DNA from: Nemertoderma westbladi
Taxonomy: Eukaryota; Animalia; Xenacoelomorpha
Assembly (NCBI GenBank): GCA_032718475.1
Contig: JAUCBJ010005279.1
Coordinates: 20,990-84,989 of the forward strand
Length of the DNA stretch: 64,000 nt
Direction of reading: 5' to 3'
In this document: in pieces, positions 1-13,000 of the stretch
Position numbering within the stretch: the first letter of the stretch is position 1
Layout: every line of letters begins with the position of its first letter
Notes under the pieces: model-generated
Told to the model about the DNA's origin: nothing
Databases searched by the model: none
The model's input: only the letters and a program-made list of their open reading frames with translations
Position numbers and translations under genes: made by a program

Positions 1-751
1 CTGAAGGAGTACCTGAAGCCAGAAGTATGGGTCTCAGACTCGATCATTGACGGTTTCTTAGGCCTTTTAGAGCGAGATATAGGAAATGTCTCAGCTGTAT
101 CCATCTTCCTGACAAACAAATTGAAATCAAATTCAGCAGAAAAGTGTGATTTCATGAGTGCTATGAAATATGTTGCTCCAAGGTATTTAAGGTCAAGCCA
201 TCATAAAGAATCTGAGTATATTTTCTTCCTAAATGTGATGAAGAACACTTCAAGTTGCATGTTGCCAACACAACCACGAAAGAAATGTTCTGCCTCGATT
301 CACTTTATGGTGCTGTAATATGCCAACCACAACCACATTTAAGCTAATAGACCTATTAAACATGATAGATAAGCATATCTCTGAATTGGAATCCTTATCC
401 TGCAACCAGAATAGATGCAGGGAGAATTGGACCCCCACTACATTAAACATCAAGCTACCAATACAAACAAACTCACATGATTGTGGGATATTCCTATGCT
501 TTTATGCAGCTGAATTGTCCCTAAACTGTTATACCATACAACCCATTTCTTATTTTTCAGACTCCATCCTAGCCCGAAACTGGATCCACAAATGCCTTGA
601 CATTTATAAAATTGCAGATAGCAATGAAATGGGCATTGATGGCTCTAATCAAATTCAACCAACAAAACCGATGTTGCCATCAAACAACAATCCATTGGGA
701 TCCACAGAGCATTCACATACTACTAACCTCTTTATTTGCAAACAACTATGA
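1..751 (+). pseudogene. Ulp1/SENP-like (C48) cysteine protease domain, frameshifted and 5'-truncated by the window; probably N-terminal part of the LINE ORF1
   Basis: Frame from base 1 reads WVSDSIIDGFL (WLxDxII-type motif); ORF 320-751 contains PIQTNSHDCGIFLCFYA (QxNxxDCG catalytic motif); frames are broken between the two. Confidence 0.6.
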
Positions 752-2058
752 GATCATATCGAAATGGATGCATCTTCCCCATAAGAATGCCAACCATAAA
801 ATATCAAACATGCCACTAGGTTCACTACTAACGTTCAGAGATCAAATCTACGAGCAAACAAAGATTCTTATGACACCAATCCAGGCTTTCACCCTCAAAC
901 TGAAACCAAGAAATTCACAACTTGAGGTTGCAACAGATATTTTCTAATTAATGAAATCTGTGATAGAGAACAAGCTGGTGGGATCATGCAGAAGAAGATT
1001 AAAATGTCAAGTATCCTCATCCTTATGTGATGAAGTCATTACCCTCGAATCTCTAAAGCAAGATTTCGTGTCAGCTTTATCAAGTCCCTTCAGTCTCGCC
1101 TTTGTCAAAAAGAACATGAGCTTCTGAAAGTAACACAGGAAAACAAAAAAATGCAAGAAGAACTTCAATACGAACACCATCAACGAATACTAATTCAAGC
1201 TAAGCTAGATAAATTACATGACAGTGCACACATCCAAAATAGCCAATAGTCCAACACCAGGTTAAGAGATGCAAATACCAATATCAATACGATGATTACA
1301 AAAACAGATAAAAGAAAGACTAATAAAACAAAGGCTCTAGAGGAAGAAGTTGAATATATAGTGACTGATGAATGGCCTATGCAAAGCAATCATGAAAAGA
1401 TTGGAAGAAAATATAATCAAACATCAAAATGTCCCAGGGTACCATCAAAACATATACACTCTCAATTACATTTATCTAACAAGTTCCATTTTCTAAACCA
1501 GGAATCAATGAATTCTATAAGCAGTCCTTCAGATGTAAGAAGAAACAGAACCCCTTCTAGAATCAGGTCACAAGCTTTTCAAAACTTAGGGCAGAACTAG
1601 ATTCAATCAAAGGAACCCACATCAATAAACCATCAACAATATAATAACTCCGCAAAGTTGCCATACAAATACAATAAAGACAGATCAAAGGATAAAAGAT
1701 ACCAGCTATTCTTTATCAATGGAATGAATAGCAATGGACATGAAACTGATGTGGAAAGTTATCTCAGTTCCAAGGGAATTAAAGCTCAGAGGATTACAAC
1801 AAGAATACGACAATAAAAAACATGACGTTTTCATTAGACCTCTCACATTCTAAACAGCTGTGCTCAAGTGACTTCTGGCCAGTAGGAGTAAGGGGTTGTT
1901 TAGGGAAAGATGGGGCCAGATGGGGATGAATCCTTAAAAGATGAAATAAACAAACGTTGCATTGCCAGTGAAGTACCAACATTATGTATTCCATGGATCA
2001 AAGCAGCGGTGGAATCTTTAAACCGGAATAAAGCACCAGATAAGAATAACTTAACAGC
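1..2058 (+). mobile_element. Decayed non-LTR retrotransposon, 5' part (ORF1-like region and start of RT), interrupted by LTR element A
   Basis: Coiled-coil-like region ~1020-1400, then DFWPVGV motif (~1870-1890) typical of LINE ORF1 C-termini. From ATG 1910: MGPDG...KAAVESLNRNKAPDKNNLTA, which continues in frame as EHLFHSDSD at 18597 once element A and one TSD copy are removed. Confidence 0.7.
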
Positions 2059-3947
2059 TATATGGAAGAGACGGTAACAATACCTGCAATATCTTACTGT
2101 AAAGTTTGTGAATCAAATCATAAATCCGACCTTCTCACCAAAACAGTAAACTCTAAGTAAGCGAATATATTGCAGTATCGATCTCTTATAACCGGTGAGG
2201 CAGAAAACAGTCTACGAGCAGACAAACTTCGATAAAACAAAACCCCGCGCAGCGAATCCTAAAATCAGGCTGACTCACTGACGGACTAAGGGGCTCGTAT
2301 ACTTTGCCGCGGTGTGATTTATATGGTTGGGCGAAAGGGACGCTAGCTAGGTACAGAGGCAGAGATTTGGAGATGTCTAACTAGCGGGCAAAGCACAGTA
2401 AGGACAAAAGTTAATTTTATATATATTTTGAGGTGTAAATAATTTCTAACGCGCGCGTGTTAATTCTGAACGGTCAAAAGCAGTTTTGCTCCTTCACATA
2501 TATAATTACTGGGTACGGTGTGCATTTTACGAATATTCTAATTTTGTAACTTGTAGGTCCAATACTCACGAATGATAAGGTTCCTTCCCCTCTTGCGTAT
2601 TTCCAGGACTCAAATTCAGGCATAAAGTTAATACTACGCCCAGAATTCGGCAATTTTAGGTACCAGGTCTCTAATACTGAGAAGAGATGTGTTAGTTTAC
2701 TACAGTAGGCGTACAGTTACTAATAGCTATCCTGGCGTCCTATCTAGAATTTTAGTCACCTAGGTAGGCTGGGTAACTTCCTATTAGGGCGTTGGCGGGG
2801 ACACGGTAGATGTTAGTATATCCCTAATAGCCTCAATTTATTTGCGCCTAGTTGTAAACTGCCCTACCGCCTGAACGGTACAATCCTAATTCAGGTGAAA
2901 ACACAACGACCCTCCTAGCCTACAAGTTCTAATGCAATGGACACCGTTGTACGGTAAATAGTCACAGACGCACCTGTACTTAGCAAGAGTTAAGCGTACA
3001 GTTTGCTGCACCCTAACCATTTGTATGCCTTGTACCGGTGTGCCTACGTCCTATTTGCGTACTAGTATCTCTGCTCTCTCCCTCCCCCGTAGGAATGTGA
3101 AGGTCTACTGTGGTTTTTTTCTGAATCAAGACAGTACAGTCCCTAAGATGTAATTTTAGGCTCACAGCGTGTCACTACTTCTACCTTTTGATCTTTGGTC
3201 TTACGCTTAGGTAGCAAGGCGTCGAACGCTGTCTAACCTTTCAGGCGATGGGCGAATAACTCAAGATGGTATTGCGGGTTGTCTCTTGTCTACATTCCCC
3301 TGATGTTCCCGTTCATTGCTGCGGCCCGATCTCTAGCTGGCCATCCTGTTCCTAAAGGTGTTCACCGTAGTGAATCATGGTGAAAAGAAAGGCAGATAGC
3401 GGTATTTCTGAATTTATTGCAGATAATAGTACAAAATGTAGTCTGAAAACTAATGACAGAATAAACAAGAAATATAGATTGAAATAATCTGTGTACGCTT
3501 GAATGATAACTAATGAACAAATCGCACCTTTATATAGCAAATTTGTGCTGCAATCAATCGAGAAAATTCTCGATTGTTCTATAGGTTCTAACAGGTTTTT
3601 AAAGATAGCTATTGGTCCAGCTAATATATAACTTGCACGACATTGGTTACAATCAAATAACTACAGTCTCATTGGTACAGACAAATGCAATTTAATTTGT
3701 AGCGGTCAATTTAAATGAGTTGAAATTCTGTACAAAAAATAATTCGCACTTACTAGGATTCGAACTCAATACCTACTACACATAAAATTTCCAACGCTCT
3801 ACCGACTGAGCTACTGAACCACTTGACCAATAGGCGTACAATAGATATAACAAATACAAATGAGGACTCAAAGCAATCTTTTACAAAGTTAATTCGAATA
3901 AAATAAAATTTTGAAAATCCACGGCATTTAGGGAATATAATTCTATA
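2059..3947 (-). repeat. 3' LTR of element A (sense ends TATAG...CCATATA)
   Basis: Near-identical to 16703-18591 (at least 7 substitutions seen by eye). Confidence 0.97.
3734..3820 (-). ncRNA. tRNA-derived Pol III cassette (A box, B box, T6) in U3 of LTR A; second copy 18378-18464
   Basis: Sense GGTTCAG-TAGCTCAGTCGG-TAGAGC (intact D arm GCTC/GAGC)...GAGTTCGAATCC...TTTTTT; no acceptor or anticodon stem. Confidence 0.7.
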
Positions 3948-3957
3948 CCGCTCCATG
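3948..3957 (-). promoter_or_regulatory. Short polypurine-tract-like site of A (CATGGAGCGG) abutting the 3' LTR
   Basis: Identical sequence abuts the 3' LTR of B (48667-48676). Confidence 0.6.
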
Positions 3958-4771
3958 AAAACAGGATATTATCGTGCATAAAATATACGGTTTTCACCAA
4001 TAATCAATCAAACTATAGAATACTTAGGGCGTACTTACATATTTACAATTAAATTTCAAATAATACTTCCTTTCTACGTAATGATTCGATACAAAAATAA
4101 TTACAAATTCAAACTTTACGTATTTAAGGCTTTACTAAGTAAGTACAATATAAATCTAAATTAAATTCACCAATATAAATCTATTGCATCTCAATATTGC
4201 ATAAATTCAAACAATTACAAATACAAATAAATGAAAACAATAAGAAAGGCTCGCGAGTCTTCCATCTACTATTGCATCTCAAATATTGCATAAATTCAAA
4301 TAATTACAAATACTTTCGTACCTAAATGTAGATTGCATAGGTTCGGAATAATTACAAATATGAGTCTTTCTAAGCACAAAACTTTCTAACTATAAAACTT
4401 TCTAAATACAAAATATAACACTTTACAAATGAAACTATAAGAAAGGCCCACGAGTCTTCCATCTACTCTTACTTTCTATTTCACTGTAAATACAAATACT
4501 GCTTATAAGATATAAATTGCATAATATTCGGAACAATATAAATTGCATAAGTTCGGAATAATTACAAATATAAAATATAAATTCTTACAAAATATAAATC
4601 TTTACTAAATATAAATCTTACTAAATATGAGTTCTTATTTCTAAATTTCATAAATTCGGAACAATACAAATTGCTTAAGTTCGGAATAAACACAAATATA
4701 AATATAAATTCAAATAAATCACAAAATCATAAGAAAGGCTCACGAGTCTTCCGTCCACCCTTGCCCTCCCT

Positions 4772-6625
4772 TTATCGCTTTGTTGATCGAGCCCTGCCGC
4801 GTCCTCGAAAACTGCGCACAGGTGACTTTGCTCGCGATATGGGACTAATGGGACGAGTCACTGGTTTACTTGGGACGTTGAGAGACGGTGCGACTATTTC
4901 CTCGCAAATTCGTCTATTTGGCATCCCAAAACCTCGACCGATTCCTCGTGACCGATCAGTTGTCACTACAGTTGGTAGAACGTCTGGGAACGCGCGAGAA
5001 GCGGACGACGCAGACCCAAGAGTAGCTTGCGCCCCCTTCTGATCAGCTGGTGTGTGTCCCGATCCTCCTGTTGGTTCTCTAGGAAGCGATACCGTATCCC
5101 GAGTAACTCGAATGGTCGGCTCAGCTCCCTTGCGTTCTTCTATATTAATAATTTTCTTTAATTGTTGGCCCACTTTCTGGACCCGTATGATCCTACCCTG
5201 TCCGTCCTCCCGAGGGTGACGTGCAGACGGCGCAACCGGAGTGGCTGGTATATTTGTCGCCTCTAGGACCTCCTCTTCCTCGAATACGCTCGCTCGTATA
5301 CGTTTGTGGTAAAACGCGGCTCGGTACGCCCATGCGACGGTTAACCAAGCTCCTTTATTCCGCTTTTCAGTTCGGAAACGATCGAATTCACCATACGTAA
5401 TGCGATTAACGACTTTCTGAAAATTCCACGTGTTTTTGTTATCCGGGTGAATCTGTAGTAGATACTCGCGCACTACTCGGAATCCACTGTCGTGGGGCAA
5501 AATATCGACTACCTCGATAAGTTCGTCGTATTGGGGCATAGCGGAGATGTATCCTTCCGACATCATCGTTTGGGGATTTACCGCCCAAAATCCAAGATGC
5601 GCCCTCATCGGAAACCGCCTTCTTTGTGCCGATACATGTTCGTCGGCTAAATCTTCCCACTCATCAAATAATTTCCTCACGAGTTTTACAGATTCGTGTT
5701 CATAAGGTATGTCTCTTAGTTGGCATTCAGATGCTCGATGCCCCTTTATATTGCAATAAGTACATTGAGCCATAAATCTCCAGCAAGTATAAAAGGTATG
5801 AGACCCTTGATCCCCACACCATCCACAGATTAGCTGAGTCGTAGTAATGTGCTTTCCACTGCACTTTGTCATATGATGTCCAGCGACGCCACATTTACCA
5901 CACATCGTATTGGCAGGGTACCACACTCGTTCGTATATAAGATCTCCAATCGGTCGAGCGCTTCCTCCCACACTATAATCGTAATCATCTGAGTCTATGG
6001 GTTGGTAGGTTTCTGAAGGTTGTATACAAACTATAGCATCTGTTGCTTCAAGTTGTCGAATCTCCGTCTGAGATTTCTTCGGGAGGTTCCTTTCTATCTC
6101 AAGAAGTTCCTCTAAAGGATCGTCAGTGATCGTAGTAGTTACTTCGAAATCATCACCAAGGTGACCGATAGGCGCACGCGTCTGCCGTGATTCGTTCGTA
6201 ACCTCCACGATACCGTCGTGTCATATTTAGTCTTTGCGAGTTTCGCTGTACTTTCTGATAATTCCTTTATTCCAAATATAGTGTAATCTTTAGCTCCAAA
6301 TCGTTCGAATGGCGCTGCTGCCTCCTCTTGGATATCATATCCCCATCTCGGCTCTCCTTGTATCCCTTTCTCCATAATTAGGGGTGTAGTTACATAATCA
6401 TTACTACTAGAGGGAATACAACAGAGTTTATTGTTAGTTGTGAGGAGACGTGAGAGTTTTCGTCTGCCCTTTTGGCTCGACAACGCTGTAACCTCCTACC
6501 CATAGCCTAAGATCTAGCGTTTCTTTAATGACACGCTGCTTCTTATCTAAAATTTTTTTGCCGAAATAAAAACGAATTTGGGCTAAACTGGCTGTGAGTC
6601 TAAAATACTCACTTTTTGATCCCAA
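4772..6625 (-). pseudogene. Accessory ORF3 of A: triple CCHC zinc-knuckle protein, disrupted upstream
   Basis: ORF 4772-6208 has CGKCGVAGHHMTKC, CGWCGDQGSHTFYTC, CTYCNIKGHRASEC; upstream pieces 6139-6483 and 6434-6625 are conserved in B; about 33 codons are missing relative to B. Confidence 0.8.
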
Positions 6626-7040
6626 ACTATTATCAGAAAATAAGCAGTCAAGAATTAGTAATAAATATAGGGGAGTCTATTTATTGACGTAACTTATTGA
6701 AACAAGACCGTGTAAAATTTAATTAAAAAATTTTTAAGAAAGGCTCGCAAGTCTTCCTCTCTTGTTTCTCTAATTTTTAAGTTCCACCCGACTGTACCCT
6801 GAAATCTATTCACTGGAGAAAATTTTAAAATTTTTCAAATCCAAATGGATTGTCTAAATTTTCGAAAATGTCTCAATATTGTGAGTTCCAAGTAGAATTC
6901 CATTTCTTATACCTACAAATCCCGCTCCTATGTGACACATAAGGGTACCACCCTCAATGTTCACATATAAAGACAATGGAATTCTACCGCTGTCCTTACT
7001 ACGGTGTACAGGTACGTGGAATCTATTTGTAAACTCCTAA

Positions 7041-10000
7041 TTATTTACTAATATTAGGTGGAGATTTGTAGTCTCCAGACTCGTTACGAGTCTCTTCAAG
7101 AAGTACGAGACGTTGAGTCGGTCTGTCTACTGTACGACCGTCAATTGTCCGTACCGTCACAGTTCTTGTCACTCAATCCATAGATGGATGTGTGGCTAAA
7201 ATTACACCTGTTATCCAGAAGCGTCTTTTTAGATTCACTTCCGCTAACAGCACGTGATCTCCCGGCTTTAATGCGCGGGTGTTATTGTACCAAGTTGTTC
7301 TGGCAGAAATAGAGGGCAAATAATGGTTTTGCCATATTTCCCAGAATTTGTTAGCCAGTAGTTGCGTGATTTTCCACGCTTTTCTACCGTAGCTATCGCC
7401 TTCTATTGGAATAGAAATAGGCATTAATGTAGTCGGTGCCTGCATAAGCAGGTGTGCAGGTGTTAATGCAAACTGGGATTGTTTGTCATCGGGTACTAAT
7501 ACTATTGGTCTAGTATTTAGTATTGCCTCGATTTCAACAAACAGTGTTGTCAGTTGGTCGTCTGTCAATATGTGGTTTACTGGAATGACCTTTGCCATGG
7601 CTGTCTTGATAGATCTAATCAATCTCTCCCAGACTCCGCCTCTCCATGGACTATCTGGAGGATTAAACTTCCAAATAATCTTGTGAGGTTGTAGTTCGTT
7701 CGAGATTTGATCATGATCTAATTTCTTAAAGGCTCTAGCAATCTCATTTCGAGCACCAACAAAGTTTGTCCCTTGGTCTGAGTACAAGCATTTTACTAGT
7801 CCGCGTCTAGCGATAAATCGCCGCAATGCTAGTATAAACGCATTGGTGGAAAGATCCATCACACGTTCAATATGAACTGCCCTACTGGACATACATGTGA
7901 AAATCAGTCCCCAGCGTTTTACTAGTATACGTCCACGTTTCGTATGTATGGGACCAAAGCAATCAATTCCAGTCTCTGTAAAATGTGGTCTGAATGCTTG
8001 AAGTCGTGCTTGTGGTAGTTCACTCATTTCTTGGGTACCTATTCTAGAATGTACCTTTTTACAAATAAATACACGTACGTGTCACTGAACTTAATGCTTT
8101 ACTGGGTCTAATTAATACAAATCTTGTACGTAAGTAGGAAAGACAGTGGTGTCTTCCAGCGTGTTTCAGATGTAAATGTGCGTCCAGTATCATTGCACGT
8201 TGTAGTTCGTGATGTTGCGGTATTATTATTGGGTACCTAAAGTTTGTGTTAAAGTCAATGTTTTGAAGCCGAGATTTATGACAAATTAAGCCATTATAAA
8301 TAATCGGACTCCAACTCAGTATTGGTGACGACTTGATTGGTTGACCTTGATTTATGGATGTGAATTCGCGCGCGAAATATCGCAGTTGGTAATGGCGAAT
8401 TAATTTAATCTCACACATGTCAATCTCAGCCAATGTAAGTCGACGTGTAAAGTCACGTTTGCCTTTAACGTATTGTACAAAACGTACAATCCACGCTAAT
8501 TTTCGGCAAGCGTTTGTCCAAGAGTCTGTTAAGTTTACAATACGGTCGACGTAGGTATTTGTGACGTCATCAGGTAAGTCAATGGAGATTTTGGAAGGTT
8601 TTGATTTACTAGAAGGGCCCACGGGTCCGCCGGTAGGTATTCCCTTGTTGACTGTTGATCCGTCCGGGTCTACAAGTAATTTGTCCTTCTTTGTCTTCTT
8701 ACCTTGATTGTCAGTACTTTGTAAGTCGATCGTTAATGGTGGTTTGAACTCTATGGGGTCACTTGGTTTCGGTAAACTTAATTTTCTGCCGATATTAATC
8801 CCGGGTCTCACCATAGGTTGCAAGTTTGGTATGTCTCTTGAGCGCAGAGTAACACCTGTATTTACATTAGCGTAGGTACTACCCACATCTGTAATACATG
8901 AGGTTTCACCGTGCTTATGGTTGCTCAAGTGTGTCAAAATTGGTAGTTTGTCAATACAAGGCCGCTCCAATAGGGAAACTGCGGCTTTACTATTTGTCAA
9001 TATGTTATTAGTGTCTGGTAGAACATTTTGTGACATGTCTGGTAAAATGTTTCGCGGAACATCCGGCGAAATATCTAGTGACGTGTCTGGCAAAACGTCT
9101 GGTTGACCGTCTAGTAACGTGTCTGGCGATACGTCTGGTAACGTATCTGGTTGTTTGTCAATAGAAGGCCGCTCCAATAGGGAAACTGCGGCTTTACTGT
9201 TTGTCAATATGTCACTAGTGTTTGGTAGAACATTTTGTGATATGTCTGGCAAAATGTCTGGTTGGCTGTCTAGTAACGTGTCTGTTTGACCGTCTGGCGA
9301 TATGTCTGGTGTAGAAAGGCTCGCAAGTCTTCCTCTCTTGACCTTTGAAGTTATATCCTTCCATTTCGCCTTCGGTTTCTTCTTAAGTTTGACCGCCGTC
9401 CTTTTCTTTGCTTTCCCCTTTTTTGGTTTCTTGATTTCGGCGTCCTTAGGGATAGTGTTAGACTTGTTGTCGTATAGTGGCGGCCAATGTAGTGTTGAAT
9501 CTTGTAAGAATTGTGGTCCGTGTTGCCAAAATTCTTTGTTCTCCGGTTTACAGAATTCCTCAGGCATCATTCCTCGCGACGCAATATCAGCTGGGTTTTG
9601 TGGTCCGGGACAATGTCGCCAATCCTATTTTATTGAACGGTCTAGAATTTCTGCGCGACGGTTAGCTACAAATGTCTTGAATTCAAGTGTGTCGTTGTTT
9701 ATGTAAAATAAAACCAACGTCGCGTCAGTCCAATAAAATATCTGTAAACTTGACTGTAGTTCTGTCTGTATGAGGTTCACGATTGTGGTTGACAGGGTTG
9801 CGGCTTGTAGCTCAGCTCGTGGTGTCGTCATATACTTAGTAGGCATTGTTTTTGCCTTAGAAGTAATGAGCGAAACATCGAATTCTTCTGAGTCTACTTG
9901 TCTGCGCAAGTACGCTGCCACACCAAAACCGTTGTCACTGGCGTCGGAAAAACAGTGTAATTCCAAGTTGTCAGGGAATGTTGTTTGTAATGGAAAGTAG

Positions 10001-13000
10001 ACTCTGGGTATGGAATAATCCTCTATCGAAGATAATTCCGCCTCCCAGGTCTTCCATAAGTCCACTTGGTCTGATGAGATTGGCTCGTCCCATGTCAGTC
10101 CATCCTTCCAAATACTGCGCATATAAATGCGGGCTTGCAGTATTACTGGACTGATGAATCCTAACGGATCGAACAATCGGCTCAATTTTGACAAGCATGA
10201 TCTCTTTGTCAGTGTGTTTTCTTGACTGTCCAGTCTCACCTTCACTCGAAAGTTGTCCGTGTTTGGGTCCCAAAAGAGCCCCAACACCTTGGTCGTCGGT
10301 AGTGGTTCGAACTCTAGGTCTATGTCACCACCTCCATGCTCAGTCGTTCCGAATGAGTTTACTAATTCGGCACTGTTTGAGGCGAATTTGGTGAGGTTAA
10401 AACCTCCGCCCGCTAAGCAGTCCCGTAATTGATGTGCTACTGTTGTAGCACGTTCTACTGTGTCGCAACTCTATAAGCCGTCGTCGACGTAAAAGTCACG
10501 CTCCACAATCCTAATTATCTCTGGGTCATACAGGTGTTTCTGATCCCTAGCGGCTTGTTTTAGGGCATACATTGTACAATTTGGGCTGTCCCTGGCACCG
10601 AAAACGCGAACTTGCATTTGGTAAGTCGCCGGTGGTAGACTTAAGTCTCCTTCCGGATACCAGAGGAACCTCAAACTGTCTTTGTCTTGCTCTAACGCTC
10701 TCACTTGGTGAAACATCGCTTCAACGTCGCAAGTAAAAGCTACTTGACGCTGACGGAAGCGCATAATCACCCCCATAAGATAATTATTCATGTTTGGTCC
10801 ATCCATCAACTCGCTATTGAGGGACATTCCCTCAAACAGAGCCGCACAGTCATTGACTACGCGTACTTTATCTGGTTTGTCGGGGTGTCTCACATAGTGA
10901 TGTGGCAAGTAGTACGTCTGGTCAGTCACTCGCTCCGGGTTAGTCATTCGGATAGCGTATCCCTTTGTCAAATACGTCTCCATCTGAGTGTTATACTGCA
11001 GATGGGCTTTCTCGTCCTTTAATAGACGTCGCCGTATTGAGTGTAGACGTCTTAGAGCTAGTGGATAGTTATTTATGAGTTTAGGACTTTGGCTACGCCA
11101 TAACATCCCTACCTCATAATGTCCGTCCTCCGTCTGTCGGATAGTATCTTCCATGATCTTCAGAGATTGTTTCTCCTGTTCCGACATACAAGGTTCGTAG
11201 CTACCAGGTTCAGCTGTATCTTGTTCTAACCACCTGATAGTCTTTTCCGTTAATTCTTTGTCCAGTGCAGCTTGTTCCATTTGATGATTTCTCAACGCGT
11301 CATCATCGATATCGACGGGCATTGTTGAGGTTGTTGGGGTAGGTAGACTCGCAAGCCTTCCGGCGTTATCATCTGTCGTCGATGGAATCTCTAGCTGACT
11401 CGTCTTCTCCCCAAGTTCTAAACTCCGCTGGTGAATTAGCTGCTCCTTGTGACTTATCATACTAGTTACACGTCTGTCATGTTTTGTATGTAAGGTAGTA
11501 TGGTCCACGTCGTGTGAAAAGGAATGAATTGAATTTGTAGTTAATAAACTACATGTACTTTGTACATCTTCCTCGTCACTTATGTCCAGTGTGCGCACAG
11601 GCGCTCGAGTATACCATCCTATCGGCGTTCTACAGGCGTATGCGTTTCCCGCTACGACTGCCGATGGTCTGGTTTCCCACACTTGATGTAGGTTGAATTG
11701 GTCTGTCCCGATCAGCATGGCTACCGATCTATAATTGACAGGACATTCAGGTACACCAAGGTGTCTGAAATACTTAAGGTCCTCCAAGGATTGTTCTGGG
11801 ACAGGACCTAGTAGGTTACTAAAGTCTTTGGTGGCCGCAAAAGTCAAATCCTTGAAGGGTAACAAAGACCTCTCCTTTTCGCTGTGTTGCGATTTCGGAA
11901 GAAGAGAGTCTAAGTTTAACTTAACTCGTGTCACTGGTATTGCACGTTGTCCGTGCATACTACTTACGGTGTAACTAACGCGCTTACCTTGTTTGAGATC
12001 TGTCACTACATCAGCTATCTTTTCATCCACGTAGCTGTGAGATGAGGCTGAATCCAGGATAGCGTAGATTCTCTTGCTCCCCTTTGTGCCAGTAATCTTA
12101 ATCGGAATTACACTGAATCCCTTTAGTTGGTCAGTAGTCAGAAGCGCGATCGATGGCTGTTCATCTCCATCAGAATATACGTCGTCGTCTTCTGACTCTT
12201 CGTCCGACGATCCGGATTGTTCTGAGAAGCAATCCTTTATATGTGTCACAAAGGTTGGAGTCGTTTTCGATTCTCGATTTCTGTAGGCCGCATCACATCT
12301 CGCTGCTGCCTCCGGGTGTTCCCTGGCGAAGCGTTTTGTCGGCGTGTGGCTGTCTGTGTGGAGCAGACCGTCGTGGTTGCGTCCACAGGATGGACAAGTG
12401 TCGGTATTTGGGCAATCCTTGCGAACGTGTCCGTGTCGCGTACACCGCCAACAAGAGTCCAGTGGCCGTATCTGCAGCCGCCGTTCTTCCGAGTTCAACT
12501 CGCGAAACTGTCGACAACCTCGCAACTTGTGACCGATATACCGCTTGCCTAAATGCTCGCAGTATTGGCAGCCGCTGAAGTCGGTACTGAGTTGTTGTCT
12601 CGTCTGTTTTGTCCCAATGGGCGCAGATACCCTACTACCGTCCGAGAATTGTCGTGATTCCGTCGGTGTGGCGTAAGTGGCCGTCTTAGTGGATGTTGTC
12701 TGGGGTTTTTGTCGGTTTGAGGATGGCAAGGTGATTCCTTCTGCCACGATGTGCTGGTCAGTGTAGTTGGATCGAGTTTCTACCACTGCCTCCCTGGATA
12801 TCAAAAGGTACACATCCTCCAGTTTTAAGAATCCACCCCGCTCTTCCCGCTGGTATTCGATCTTCCTCCACTCCTGACGAAGTCGATGGTGGAGTCGTCG
12901 TATGATCCTTAAAAGGACTGTAGGGGTATTCCCGTAGTCAAGTTGTCCAATGGATCTCAAAGTAGTGATAGCGTTCTTTATCTCGTCAGCCAGTTTTAAT

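Noticed and set aside
3745-3820. Functional tRNA gene, or an element-encoded tRNA primer
   Set aside because: No acceptor or anticodon stem, and only ~5 nt of complementarity to the PBS.
4772-6208. env gene in the ORF3 position
   Set aside because: No signal peptide, furin site/fusion peptide or TM anchor evident; zinc knuckles instead.
10471-10473. Programmed readthrough stop after YVDD
   Set aside because: A and B have stops at different codons (TAG three codons after DD; TGA immediately after), each sense in the other element, so these are independent mutations.
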